64,000 bases of DNA, from NCBI GenBank assembly GCA_951406725.2, contig OX597814.1:111166001-111230000 (forward strand), read 5' to 3'. The notes beneath the pieces are model-generated. The model was given only the letters and a program-made list of their open reading frames with translations. It searched no databases and was not told where the DNA came from. This document shows, in pieces, positions 51,927 through 64,000 of the stretch (position 1 is its first letter; each line of letters begins with the position of its first letter). The position numbers and the translations under genes were made by a program. This DNA comes from Octopus vulgaris. Lineage: Eukaryota.

Positions 51927-52957
51927 ACACATTGAGATATTTAGCTAGAAAGAGAATAGGTTGAAATCACTTTGTGTCAGCCTCATCATATCTTCCCAAA
52001 TGAGCAATGGTGAGAAGGCTAAGATCATTCATGCCTTCAGTAGTGGCACCAACATTCATTCTCTGGTTTCCATCTTCAAAGTCCATTCAAGGACCATCAA
52101 GAGAATCGTGAATAAGTTTGAGAAAGAGGAAATATTGGTGAGGAGAACTGGATCAAGAGGTCATAGCTGCAAGAGAGATTATCATTACAATCTGGAGCTG
52201 AAGAGATCAATCAGAAAGGATCCAACTTAATCCATAAGGTGTCTGGTACATAAGAGAGGAGTTTTGACTATGAAAGTTCCATGAGTGGTGATGGAAGACT
52301 TGAAAATGAAATCATGCTGAGACCTGTGAGGTACCTTATTGCTTCAGGACAAAAGGTTAGAAGGTTGGAGAGAGTGAAGATAATCTTGAACAAAGTGAAA
52401 CATAATCCTGGGGAGACGTTTTACATAGATGAGAAGAAGATATGCACACAAACAAACGAAGCAGCCATGTTCTGGTTTCACCTCTTTATGACAGCCAAAA
52501 ACGTCATTTTCAGGTGTAAAACCCCTGCCAAGATGATGATTTTCACCTGTGTGGCCTGTGATGACAAGAAGATGCCTTTGATCATCTTTGAGAAGGCTGA
52601 GAGACTGGCAGGAATTTGTTATGTTCAGATTTTGAAAGATATAAAGACCTGGATTCTTTCTGAATATCATGAGACAGGAGACAAAAGAAACCCCAACAAG
52701 ATCGTTAAGAACTTCAAGTTTACATTCCAGCCAGATGGGGCTCCTTGTCATACAAGTGCAGTGGCTCAACAATTTCTCAAGGATGAGTTTGGGAACAGGT
52801 TTGGGGATAAGGACACTTGATTCCCTTCATCACCTGATTTGAACCCTTTAGACTTCAGCATCTGGAATGAACTGGTTACAAAAGCTTGTGAGAAGCCTCA
52901 CAGTAACCTGCAAGCCCTCAAATACTCGAACCGTAGGATGAAGGAGGCAGATATTGA

Positions 52958-53886
52958 TACATACACAAGCACAAATGTATGGACACACACACACACAAAC
53001 ATACATGCAAACACACACATACAAACACTCGTGCCAACACACACATACATACACAAGCACATCTGTTCATACACATGCACACGTAAAACACTCGCGCAAA
53101 TGCATACACATACATACACAAGCATATATGTACGCGCACACACCTACACATACATACACAAGCACATGTACACACTCCCACACACATTCACACACACACA
53201 TGCAAACACATAAACACACACACGCAAACACACACACATACATATGCAAGCACATATGTACACACACACACATACACATACACACATGCACGCAAACATG
53301 TACACACATGCACAAACACACACTTATACATACATATACAAGAACATATGTATACACACACATATGCAAGCACATATGTACACACACACACATACATACA
53401 CATACACACATGCATGCAAACACACACACACACATACAAACACATGTGCAAACACACACTTACACATACATATACAAGCACATGTACACACGCACACACA
53501 TACAAACACGCAAACACACACTTACACATACAAACACATATGTACACGCACACACACACGTGTGCATGCAAACACAGACACACATACAAACGCGCAAACA
53601 CACACACATACATATACAAGCACATATGTACACACACACACAGATACATGCGTGCACGCGAACACAGACACACAGACAAACACACATGCAAACACACATT
53701 TATACATATATATATACAAGCACATATGTACACACACACACACATATGCACACACATACACACACACATACAAACACACACATACATGCGTACACGCAAA
53801 CACACACACATACATATACAAGCACATATGTACACACACACACACATACACGTGTACACACAAACACACACATACATACACATATG
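52958..53886. repeat. Complex (CA)/(CATA) low-complexity array with recurring acaagcacatatgtacac units
   Basis: Directly visible. Confidence 0.95.
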
Positions 53887-55584
53887 AAGAAACAAATACA
53901 AAGACAAAGACTGTAAAACAATCATTTCTAAAAGTAATTTCCCATTTTCCCATTATTCACCTTGAACCATCATACCATTATATCATTTGGGTGCGTTTAT
54001 TTCTAACCAAACCAGAAGTTCTGGTCTATTTGTGGAAAGTTGCATAAAAAAGAAGAAAGCAAATTATTTACAGCAAAGGAATAAAATTCAATTGTTTTTT
54101 TGGTGATTTATTTCACTCCTCTAAAACAATGGTCATTAACTTTATTCTTTAGAAAAAGGAAATCGAAGGATCACAGGGCCAAGAGAATCACATGCCAGTG
54201 CCTGAGAGTTGTACTTTTATCTCAAATATAATTAATTAACCATTTACAAAGAAGGAGACATTTTATGTATATGTCTAACAAGGTGTTAAGGGGGCGAAAA
54301 AAGATCAGTTGTCTTTAGGCGTTCTTTTGATTTATGATCACAAGAGTGAAAGTAATTTGGTTTGTAAAACCGTTTGGCAATTTCTGTAAATCTTCGTCAT
54401 CGTCAGTATCATCGTCATCATCACTACCACCACCACCACCACCATTACCATCATCACCATCATCACCACCATCACGACCACCAACACCACCACCACCACG
54501 ACCACGACCACCACCAACACCACGACCACCACCAACACCACCACCATCATCATCACCATGATCATCATCGTCATTTGACGTTTGTTTTCCATGCTGATAT
54601 GGGTTGGATGGTTTGACAGGGACTGGCAAACTGGAGAGCTACCTAGACTCTAATTTTTGGCTTGGTTTCTACGGCTGGATATCCTTCCTAATGTCAACCG
54701 CATCACAGAGTGTACCGGGTACTTTGTATGTTGCACCAGCACCTGTGCTTTATAGGTGATACCATCACAAGTGCTTTGTATGTGAAACCAGCATATGTGC
54801 TGTATACATGGCACCAGTACGGGTGCCTTATATGTGGCACCAGCGTGGGTGATTTTTACATGGCACCAAAATAATTTGGTTTGAAACCATTCAGTAATGT
54901 CTGTAAATCTTCGTAAAAATTAAATATTTTCGTTTTTATAGTCATCTGTGTATCATATTCAGCCAGGCAGTTATTTGCAACATCAGTGAATATTTTCACA
55001 TTTTTCTGTATCAGAAACAATGAATTCTCAACCGAGCATGTGGCTGGCTGAAATTACATGCTATTGAAATGACCAAAAATGTCTGAAATACTCAAATCAT
55101 TTGGAAGATAGCAACACTGATCACTACAAAGATAGAAGACATTAATTGCTAGTGACAGCAGGATGTTTTGTTTTGCTTGAAACTTCAATGCACTACCAAG
55201 TATATAAAAAGTTTGTAAGTCAATATTGTGTGGAAGCACATGGTATTGTGGTTAGAGCAGCGGACTCGCAGTCGAGGGATCATGGGTTCGAATCTCAGAC
55301 CGGGCGATGTGTGTGTTTATGAGCAAAACATCTAAGCTCCAAGCGGCTCCAGCAGAAGGTAATGGCGAACTTCTGCTGACTCTTTCGCCACAACTTTCTC
55401 TCACTCTTTCCTCCTGCATCTTGCAGCTCACCTGCGACGGACCGGTATCCCGTCCAGGTGGGGAACCTATACGCCAAGGAAACTGGGAAACCGGCCCTTA
55501 TGAGCCAGCCGTTGCTCAAGAAGGAACAAAAAACAACAAGTCAATATTGTGCCTTACCTTGTGTTAGAGGTGCAATATTGTCAC

Positions 55585-55880
55585 TTACAAGTTTGTTTCT
55601 ACAGGTTTTCTACAGTTTAGAGCCAGCACTGAAAATTAAAATGTTTCATATAGGAATAAGTCTATGTAAACAATGTGATTGAAGAGAGAAGAAATAGGTA
55701 ACAGGTGTATGTGCATATTTCAAAAGCAGTAAACATTGAAATAAGCATATATGTTACACCTGTTGCCTATTTTGCTGACTTTGGTCACATTGTTCACATA
55801 AATGTATTCATATGTGAAGCATTGCAACATTCTGTGCTGGCTCTGAACTCTGTTGAAAATCTGTAGAGATTAACTTGAAA
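55585..55880. mobile_element. Degenerate palindromic MITE
   Basis: Inverted pairs such as agagccagcac/gtgctggctct and aataggtaacaggtgta/tacacctgttgcctatt. Confidence 0.65.
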
Positions 55881-56402
55881 AAGGAAAATAATAGCAGAAA
55901 CAACTCCTACTCGTTTCCAAATACTATGATCTGTTTAGATAACAGCTGTGTGAAGAGAAATCTTTCTTGAATACTAAAATGGACAGATAGAATTTTGGAA
56001 CAACACATCACTGTTACCAAGAAAAGAAAAGAAAGAAAAAAGATAAAGAAAGAAAAAAAAAGAAAGAAGGATAGTTGAGAGAATTTTGTTAAACTCAATG
56101 GCATTTCTCTACAATAGAAGATAATCCAGGAGAAGGCAAGCTGATAAATTATATATCATCATCATTTAACGTCTGTTGTCCATACTGCCATGGGTTGGAC
56201 AGTTTGACCAGGGCTGGTAAGCTGAAAGGCTGCACCAGACTCCAGTCTGATTTGGCATGGTTTTCTATGGCCAGATTCTACTCCGAGAGTGTAATGGATG
56301 CTTTTACGTGCCATATGTGTGACACTGGTATCTGCCACAACTGCAATTTTGCTCGGTTTGATGGGTCTTCTTGTCAAGCATAGCCAAAGGTCTCAGTCAT
56401 TA

Positions 56403-56692
56403 CCTCCATGAGGCCCAACACTTAAAAGGAACTCAGCCACTTTGCCTCCATGAGGCCCAATGCTCAAAAGGAACTCAGCCATTTTGCCTCCGTGAGGCCC
56501 AGTGCTCAAAAGGAACTCAGCCACTTTGCCTCCATGAGGCCCAATGCTCAAAAGGAACTCAGCCACTTTGCCTCCATGAGGCCAGTGCTCAAAAGGAACT
56601 CAGCCACTTTGCCTCTGTGAGGCCCAGTGCTCAAAAGGAACTCAGCCACTTTGCCTCCATGAGGCCTAACACTCAAAAAGAACTCAAACACT
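56403..56692. repeat. 42-bp minisatellite (about 7 units) inside an RTE-derived element
   Basis: Unit gcctccatgaggcccaatgctcaaaaggaactcagccacttt. Confidence 0.9.
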
Positions 56693-57626
56693 TTAGATGT
56701 AGTAACCCTGCAGAACATATTAGAAGAAATTATCTTGATTGAAAAGGGCAAAAGCTAAGGAACTGTATTTTGTGCCTTCTAAATTGAAAATGCAGCCAAA
56801 ATACAGGCTGAAATTGTCAGACATACATCTGACATTTGGGTAAAAAAAAAACCCACAAAAATCACAGTAAGAGACATTGGACATAGCATAGCTCTGTGAC
56901 TAGTTGTTACTTTTGTACCACAGTATGAGAGAGTGGTCAAAGCGGGCTTAACAAAAAATGACTGATGGTATTTGCACTGGACTGCATGTTTAGCAGCATT
57001 CCTTCCGACTGTGCATGTTCTGAGTTCAAATCCTGCCAAGATCAACTTTGCTTTTGTTATTTTAGGAGTCAACAAAATAAAATACCGGAGTCAATGTGAT
57101 TGACTTGCTCCCTCTCCTTGAGATTGCTGGCTTTGTGCTAAAATTAGAGATTATTACTTTTGTTGTTGTTGTTGTTGTTGCTATTGTTATTGTTGTTGTA
57201 TGTCAAGTATAATTTTGTGTGTGAAGTAAAATATCAAGTCCAACCCAATTTGTTAATTAATTTCTTTGTTTCCAGTTTATTTATTTATCTTATTTTCACA
57301 TTTATTTTTATGATTCCCCGCCCATATTTTGGCCTTGAGTATCATCATCATCAGCATTGCCACATTGTCATCAACATCATCATCATCATTATCACTATCA
57401 CATAAGAGATTTTTGTCAATTAATTTTGATCAATCTACCAACAACTCCAATTAAGTATTTCTTTCTAATTTTGATGTAAGGCCAGAGATTTTAGGGTGAA
57501 GGGGTTTAGCCAATTACATTGACCCCAGTGCTCCCCTTATATTGTATTTTTTATCAATCACAAAAGGATCAAAGCCAGTCTTGGTGGAAATTGAGCTCAG
57601 AATGTGAAGAGCTGCAAGAAATAGTA

Positions 57627-58280
57627 CAGGGTGTTCAAAAAGTCTCTCCGCAGTAAGTGTTTTATTGCAAAATAAATACTTATAAGACATTATACGACTA
57701 CAAAAAATATATTAGAGATTACAAGACTTTAAGAAACTTTATAAGAGGTGTTGAAAGTGTCGTCCTTCATTTTCAATAAATAAGTTGACTCTTCTACACA
57801 TGCGCAGGAGTGGCTGTGTGGTAAGTAGCTTGCTTGCCAACCACATGGTTCTGGGTTCAGTCCCACTGTGTGGCACCTTGGGAAAGTGCCTTCTACTATA
57901 GCCTTGGGCCGACCAAAGCCTTGTGAGTGGATTTGGTAGATGGAAACTGAAAGAAGCAAGTTGTATATATGTATATATGTGTGTGTGTGTGTGTGTGTGT
58001 CTGTATATGTTTAAATTTGTCCCCACCAATATTGCTTGACAACCGATGCTGGTTTACATCCCCATAACATAGCAGTTCAGCAAAAGAGACCGATAGAATA
58101 AGTACTAGGCTTACAAAGAATAAATGCTGGGGTCGATTTGCTCGACTAAAGGCGGTGCTCCAGCATGGCTGCAGTCAAATGACTGAAACAAGTAAAAGAG
58201 AGTAAGAGAGTAAAAAGTATGTTTTGAAATACATCTTGGATGAAAAATATTCACCGCAGAGAGACTTTTTGAACGCCCTA
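57627..58280. mobile_element. Tc1/mariner MITE with a nested SINE A (57801-58213)
   Basis: TA|CAGGGTGTTCAAAAAGTCTCT ... AGAGACTTTTTGAACGCCCTA|TA. Confidence 0.8.
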
Positions 58281-59609
58281 TACTTGAAAACCCAAACACA
58301 TCAAGTTGTTAGAGAATCTTCTTTCTTGTTAGACATAGAGACTCTATAAGACAATGGGTTGGTGAATATAGACATTGAGTGTCAAGTGTTAATAATAGTA
58401 GTTTAGCTAGTGATTATGAGTTCAATCTTTGGGTCAGTCAAGCAATGTATAGCAAATATATATTAAAAATGTATATCTTCTGGTTCAAATGAAAAGAGCA
58501 AGTAGCCTTGCAGGTAGGAGAGTAATTAAAAGGAAACTATCACCTGTATGGACATGGTAATGAGAATGATCTGCTCTGTTGGTTTTGGGGTCAGTCCCAT
58601 TGCATGACACCTTGAGCAAGAGTTTTCTAATATACTTCTGGGCCAGCAAAACTGTAGCGAGAAGCCTTAACAGGTTCAAATGTGTCATCATCATCATCAT
58701 CATCATTTAACGTCCGCTTTCCATGCTAGCATGGGTTGGACGATTTGACTGAGGTCTGGCGAACCAGACTCCAATCAGATCTAGCAGAGTTTCTACAGCT
58801 AGATGCCTTTCCTAACACCAACTACTCCGAGAGTGTAGTGGGTGCTTTTACATGCCACTGGCATGAGGGCCAGTTTGGTGGTACTGGCAACAGCCACACC
58901 AAAATGGTGCTTTTTACATGCCAGTGGCACTGGCAATAGGTCGTTCGAATGTTTCACGTGCCACCAGCACAAGTGCTAGTAAGGTGACGCGGTAACGATC
59001 ACACTTGAATGGTGTCTCAGACATATTTGAACTGAACTAGATGTAGGAGTGGTATTGAGTTAGAATTTGTTAGATGAGAGGAAGAGACGGAGAAGGAAGT
59101 GGAAGATGTTTTTGATCAGAAATGGAACATATATAGGTGTATGTGTGTGTGTGTTGTTGTTGTTGTTGTTGTTGTTGACAGTGGCAGTGGTGCCTTTATC
59201 TCGTATCTGAGAATTTAGTTTCTTCTTTACTGAACACTTTCTTTATGGTGATAATGTTGATGACTCTGTAGACCCATTGTATAGAAGAGACGATGGCATT
59301 GGCAGAATTGTTAGCACGCCGGGCGAAAGGCGATGAGCTGGCAGAATTGTTAGCACGCAGGGCAAAAGGTGACAGGCTGGCAGAATTGTTAGCACGCAGG
59401 GCGAAATGCTTAGCGGTATTTCGTCTGCTGTTACGTTCTGAGTTCAAATTCTGCTGAGGTCGACTTTGCCTTTCATCTTTTCAGGGTCGATTAAATAAGT
59501 ACCAGTTACGCACTGGGGTCAATATAATCGACTTAATCCGTTTGTCTGTCCTTGTTTGTCCCCTCTGTGTTTAGCCCCTTGTGGGTAGTAAAGAAATAGG
59601 TAATGTTGA

Positions 59610-60170
59610 GGTTGATTTTGTTGAACCTTTCTCTCCTGTCATTTGATTTCTTCCTTTTCTCTTCTGGTGGCTTCAAAGCTTTTCATTTCGATGGTCATAG
59701 AGCACAGCCAGTTTGAATGATCTTGGGTGTGTGTTTCAAATATTTTAGATTCAAGTCCAGTGGCTTTCGGTGTTGATTGGAGTTGGTCCTTGTATCTTTG
59801 AAGAGGGCAACCCCATGATCTTTTCCCTAAAGTAATCTTACCAAGCAAGGCCTAGCATGAGAACCATATCTCTTCCATTCTTGCTACATATCTTGACCTT
59901 CAAAAATGGTTTTTCATGATCAGTGATTTGATGTTTTGACTATTGGCTCTATCCAGGACTTTGGTGTTGGTCACATAATATTCCCATTTGATGGTCAAGA
60001 TTGGACGAATCTTTTGTTGGTGAAAGTGTTCTAGTTTTTGGATGTTGTAACGATAAGGAGTCCAGCTTTTGCAGACGTGTAGCAACATTGAAATGACTAT
60101 AATTTAGACTATGATTTTCATTGTTAAATTCAGATCTTTGTCGCTCAAAAACACATTCAATCACCTCCCC
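59610..60170 (-). pseudogene. RTE/BovB-like RT C-terminal relic
   Basis: LLHVCKSWTPYR...LEHFHQ...VTNTKVL and GKRSWGCPLQRYKDQL. Confidence 0.75.
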
Positions 60171-60216
60171 AAATACATACAGATATGCTATGCATTTACA
60201 TATATACATATACATA

Positions 60217-60255
<39 letters not shown>

Positions 60256-60276
60256 GTGTACACACACTCTCACACA

Positions 60277-61098
60277 CAGGTGAATAAATTGTCTAGATTA
60301 CACAAAAATGAAAATGACACTAACATCTCATTTTCACAGATATATTTATCAAAATTACATAAAAATATCTCGAAATACTAAAGTGTAAACTTATTCAATA
60401 AAATCGCCATTGGCTTCAACCATGGCCTGCAGATGACTTTGGAATCTCCTGCACCCCTTCTAGGTAGTTTCCTTGATTAAGTTGGTGAATGTTGCCATAA
60501 TCTTTGCCTTCAATTCAACTTTGGTATTTCAATGATAATAATCAAGGGGGTTGCAGTGTGGGGAGTTAGGTGGCTAGATGTTAGGGGTGATGTGGTCACA
60601 GAAATTGTCTAACAGTTATGACTGGGTTCTCCTATATGTGTGGCATGATGCAGAGTCCTGTTGCCAGACATAGGGTCTTCCAGCAGCCACCCTCTTGACC
60701 CAGGGAAGCACTACCTCCTCTAGGCATTTGATGTAGGCTGCTGTGTTGAGTGCGAGACCGTGTGGGAGAATGAATAGAAGCATAACGTCGCCATCACTAG
60801 TGATTACTCCAAACATCATGATGATGACTGGATGTTTGATTTTTATCACTCTCGGTACATATCCTCAGATTGACACCCAAACACTCTGAAATGTTTGTAT
60901 TGGAGCTTCCAGTGTGAATGCCAAGCAGTACATGTCGTTTCCAAATTTCTGACAGAATGAATTGTGTCATGGTGCTTTTTTTCTCACAGATGGTGCCCAA
61001 CTGATCCTACTATACTGTGTAGTTGACAAAATCAAAAACAATGTACATGTGGGAAATTAAAAAATATAAAATTGTGACAATTTACACATTGCCCCCTG
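60277..61098 (-). pseudogene. Tc1/mariner (maT/DD37D-like) deletion derivative
   Basis: KHPVIIMMFGVITSDG...YVWQQDSASCH; an SPNSPHCNPLDY-like motif downstream; CAGG-type termini. Confidence 0.75.
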
Positions 61099-61112
61099 TA
61101 TGTATATATATA

Positions 61113-62712
61113 TCATCATCATTTAGCATCCGCTTTCCATGCTAGCATGGGTTGGACGGTTCAACTGGGGTCTGTGAAGCCAGAAGGCTGCATCAGGCCC
61201 AGTCTGATCTGGCAGTGTTTCTACAGCTGGATACCCTTCCTAACACCAACCACTCCGTGAGTGTAGTGGGTGCTTTTTACGTGCCACCTGCACAGGTGCC
61301 AGACAGAGCTGGCAAACGGCCACGGACGGATGGTGCTTTTTACGTGCCACCGGCACGGGGCCAGGCGAGGCTGGCAATGGCCACGAACGGATGGTGCTTT
61401 TTATGTTCCACCGGCACAAAGCCAGTCGGGGCGGTGCTGGCAACGGCCACGAATGGATGGTGGTGCCAGACGAGTCTGGCAAACGGCCACGAACGGATGG
61501 TGCTTTTTACGTGCCAGGCGAGGCTGGCAACGGCCACGAACGGAAGGTGCTTTTTACGTGCCACCGGCACAAGGCCAGTCTGGGCAGCGCTGGCAATGGC
61601 CACGAACGGATGGTGCTTTTTATGTGCCACCAGCACGAGGCCAGTCGGGGCGGCGCTGGCAACGGCCACATTCGGATGGTTCTCTTACGTGCCACCGGCA
61701 CTGGTAACTCAGCTGCAATTTCCATTGATCGATTTCGATTCTGATTTTGATTCTCACTTGCCTCAACAGGTCTTTACAAGTAGAGTTTTGTATCCCAAGA
61801 AGGGAAGGTATGCATAAGTGGGCTGGCTACATCCCATGTAGAAGGCCACGGGTTATGGTCTCACTTGTCCTGCCGGGTCTTCTCGCGCACAGCATACTTC
61901 TAGAGGTCTCGGTCTCTAGTCATTTCCTCAGTGAGACCTAAAGTTCAAAGGTCGTGCTTCACCACCTCGTCCCAGGTTTTCCTGGGTCTGCCTCTTCCAC
62001 AGGTTCCCTCAACCGCTAGGGTGTGGCACTTTTTCACACAACTATCTTCATCCATTCTCGCCACATGCCCATACCAGTGCAAACGTCTCTCTTGCACACC
62101 ACATCTGATGCTTCTTAGGTCCAGCTTTTCTCTCAAGGTACTTACACTCTGTCGAGTATGAGTACTGACATTTCACATCCATCGGAGCATACTGGCTTCA
62201 TTTCTTGCGAGCTTACGCATATCCTCAGCAGTCACGGCCCATGTTTCACTACCATATAGCATGGCTGTTCGTACACACGCGTCATACAATCTGCCTTTTA
62301 CTCTGAGCGAGAGGCCTTTTGTCACCAGCAGAGGTAAGAGCTCTCTGAACTTTGCCCAAGCTATTCTTACTCTAGCAGTTACACTTTCAGCACACCCGCC
62401 CCCGCTGCTGACTTGGTCACCTAGGTAACGGAAGCTATCAACTATTTCTAGTTTTTCTCCCTGGAAAGTGACAGAAGTTGGTCTCAGAGCATTTTCAGTG
62501 TTTATTGTTCCTGAGCATCTGCCACATACAAAAACCATCTTCCTAGTTAGCCTTCCTTTGACATTGCTGCACCTCTTATGTGTCCATAGCTTACACTTGG
62601 TGCATCTTATAGAGTTTCTACCTACACCTTTTCTACAGATCGAGCAGGGCCATCAACCTGAAGGCGTTTGTGATTTGTCTACCTTCCTACTTATTACGAC
62701 TTTGGTTTTAGC
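61113..62712 (-). mobile_element. RTE LINE, 5'-truncated: RT C-terminus, 3' UTR with tandem repeats and (ATG)n tail
   Basis: LAKTK...FRYLG...MLYGSETW...RRLHWYGHVARM...GRGRPRKTW; flanked by (TA)n. Confidence 0.92.
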
Positions 62713-62715
62713 TAG

Positions 62716-63452
<737 letters not shown>

Positions 63453-63454
63453 AC

Positions 63455-63978
63455 TTTGATACTTTGATAGGTTTCGGCCATTATTGGCCCAGGCCATGTC
63501 TAACTTAATAGCACCACCTGGTGAAGTCTTTCAAGTCAGAATTTGGGCACTATGGCCCACTCAAGTAGAGAGTTATTGTTTACAGAGACATATCCGGGTG
63601 TAGGGGGTTTATCCGGGATTTCTTGAAGGAATCTGTCCAAAGACTTCTTGAACCCTATAGGGTCAGTTTCTGTTTTAATGTGTTTTGGTGTAATGTTAAA
63701 GAGAGCGGGGCCAATTGAGGTGAAATAATTGTGCCGTATTGTTGTTATGAGATGAGAGTGCGATTTTTGTTTTGGGCGGATGGCACGGGGCCCAAGCCTT
63801 GGATGTACCTTAAAGGTGATGCCAACATCATTTGGGCAATGCTGATGGAATATTTTCCACATCATGCAGATGATGTAGCGCTCACGACGACGTTGGAGAG
63901 AATAGAGTTTTAGCTTTTCTAGTCGACCCCAATAGTCGAGGCCTGTCATGCCATCTATCTTTTTTGTGATTGCCCTTG
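63455..63978 (-). mobile_element. CR1/L2-type LINE 3' fragment (second subfamily)
   Basis: ORF 63536-63949 YWGRLEKLKLYSLQRRRERY...GPALFN...FKKSLDRFLQEIPDKP. Confidence 0.85.
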
Positions 63979-64000
63979 TATATATATATATATGTATGTA

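Larger units (their letters stand above)
51502..52945 (+). pseudogene. Tc1/mariner-superfamily transposase pseudogene
   Basis: HTH-like N-terminus (51999-52230); YIDEK, FQPDGAPCHTS and *xPSSPDLNPLDFSIW motifs; stops and frameshifts. Confidence 0.85.

Noticed and set aside
54315-54629. His-rich, Pro-rich and Gly/Asp-rich ORFs
   Set aside because: Expanded (CAT)/(CAC) tail of an RTE 3' fragment
55231-55305. tRNA gene (also at 6480, 16940 and about 36139-36203)
   Set aside because: tRNA-derived SINE heads or a decayed tRNA-like relic without a proper acceptor stem
56371-56742. Protein with a 14-aa repeat (HEAQCSKGTQPLCL)n
   Set aside because: A 42-bp minisatellite in an RTE relic, with a frameshifted unit and no splice support

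Overview
AT-rich, repeat-dense eukaryotic (animal) genomic DNA, not prokaryotic. The tRNA-derived SINE families, RTE 3'-UTR repeats and very long TA/CA microsatellites look like an Octopus (cephalopod) genome; this is inferred from recognising the repeat families and was not verified by a search. One multi-exon protein-coding gene can be rebuilt by hand on the + strand from five phase-compatible exons (4961-17807; first exon not found). It encodes a Pro/Tyr-rich segment, many N-glycosylation sequons and a C-terminal domain resembling the transcobalamin/intrinsic-factor beta domain (DUF4430). Most of the rest is transposon debris: three SINE families, RTE, CR1/L2-type and R4/Dong-like LINEs, Penelope-like element (PLE) relics, Tc1/mariner, hAT and piggyBac-like MITEs, and Helitrons. 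The most striking hidden signal is about 10 PLE-associated minimal hammerhead ribozyme motifs, including two structurally intact copies with compensatory catalytic-core variants (G3:C8 and U3:A8). Two candidate spliced lncRNA/micropeptide loci lie at about 29.4-30.7 kb (+) and 42.2-45.7 kb (-). Nearly all long ORFs in the supplied track are microsatellite artefacts.
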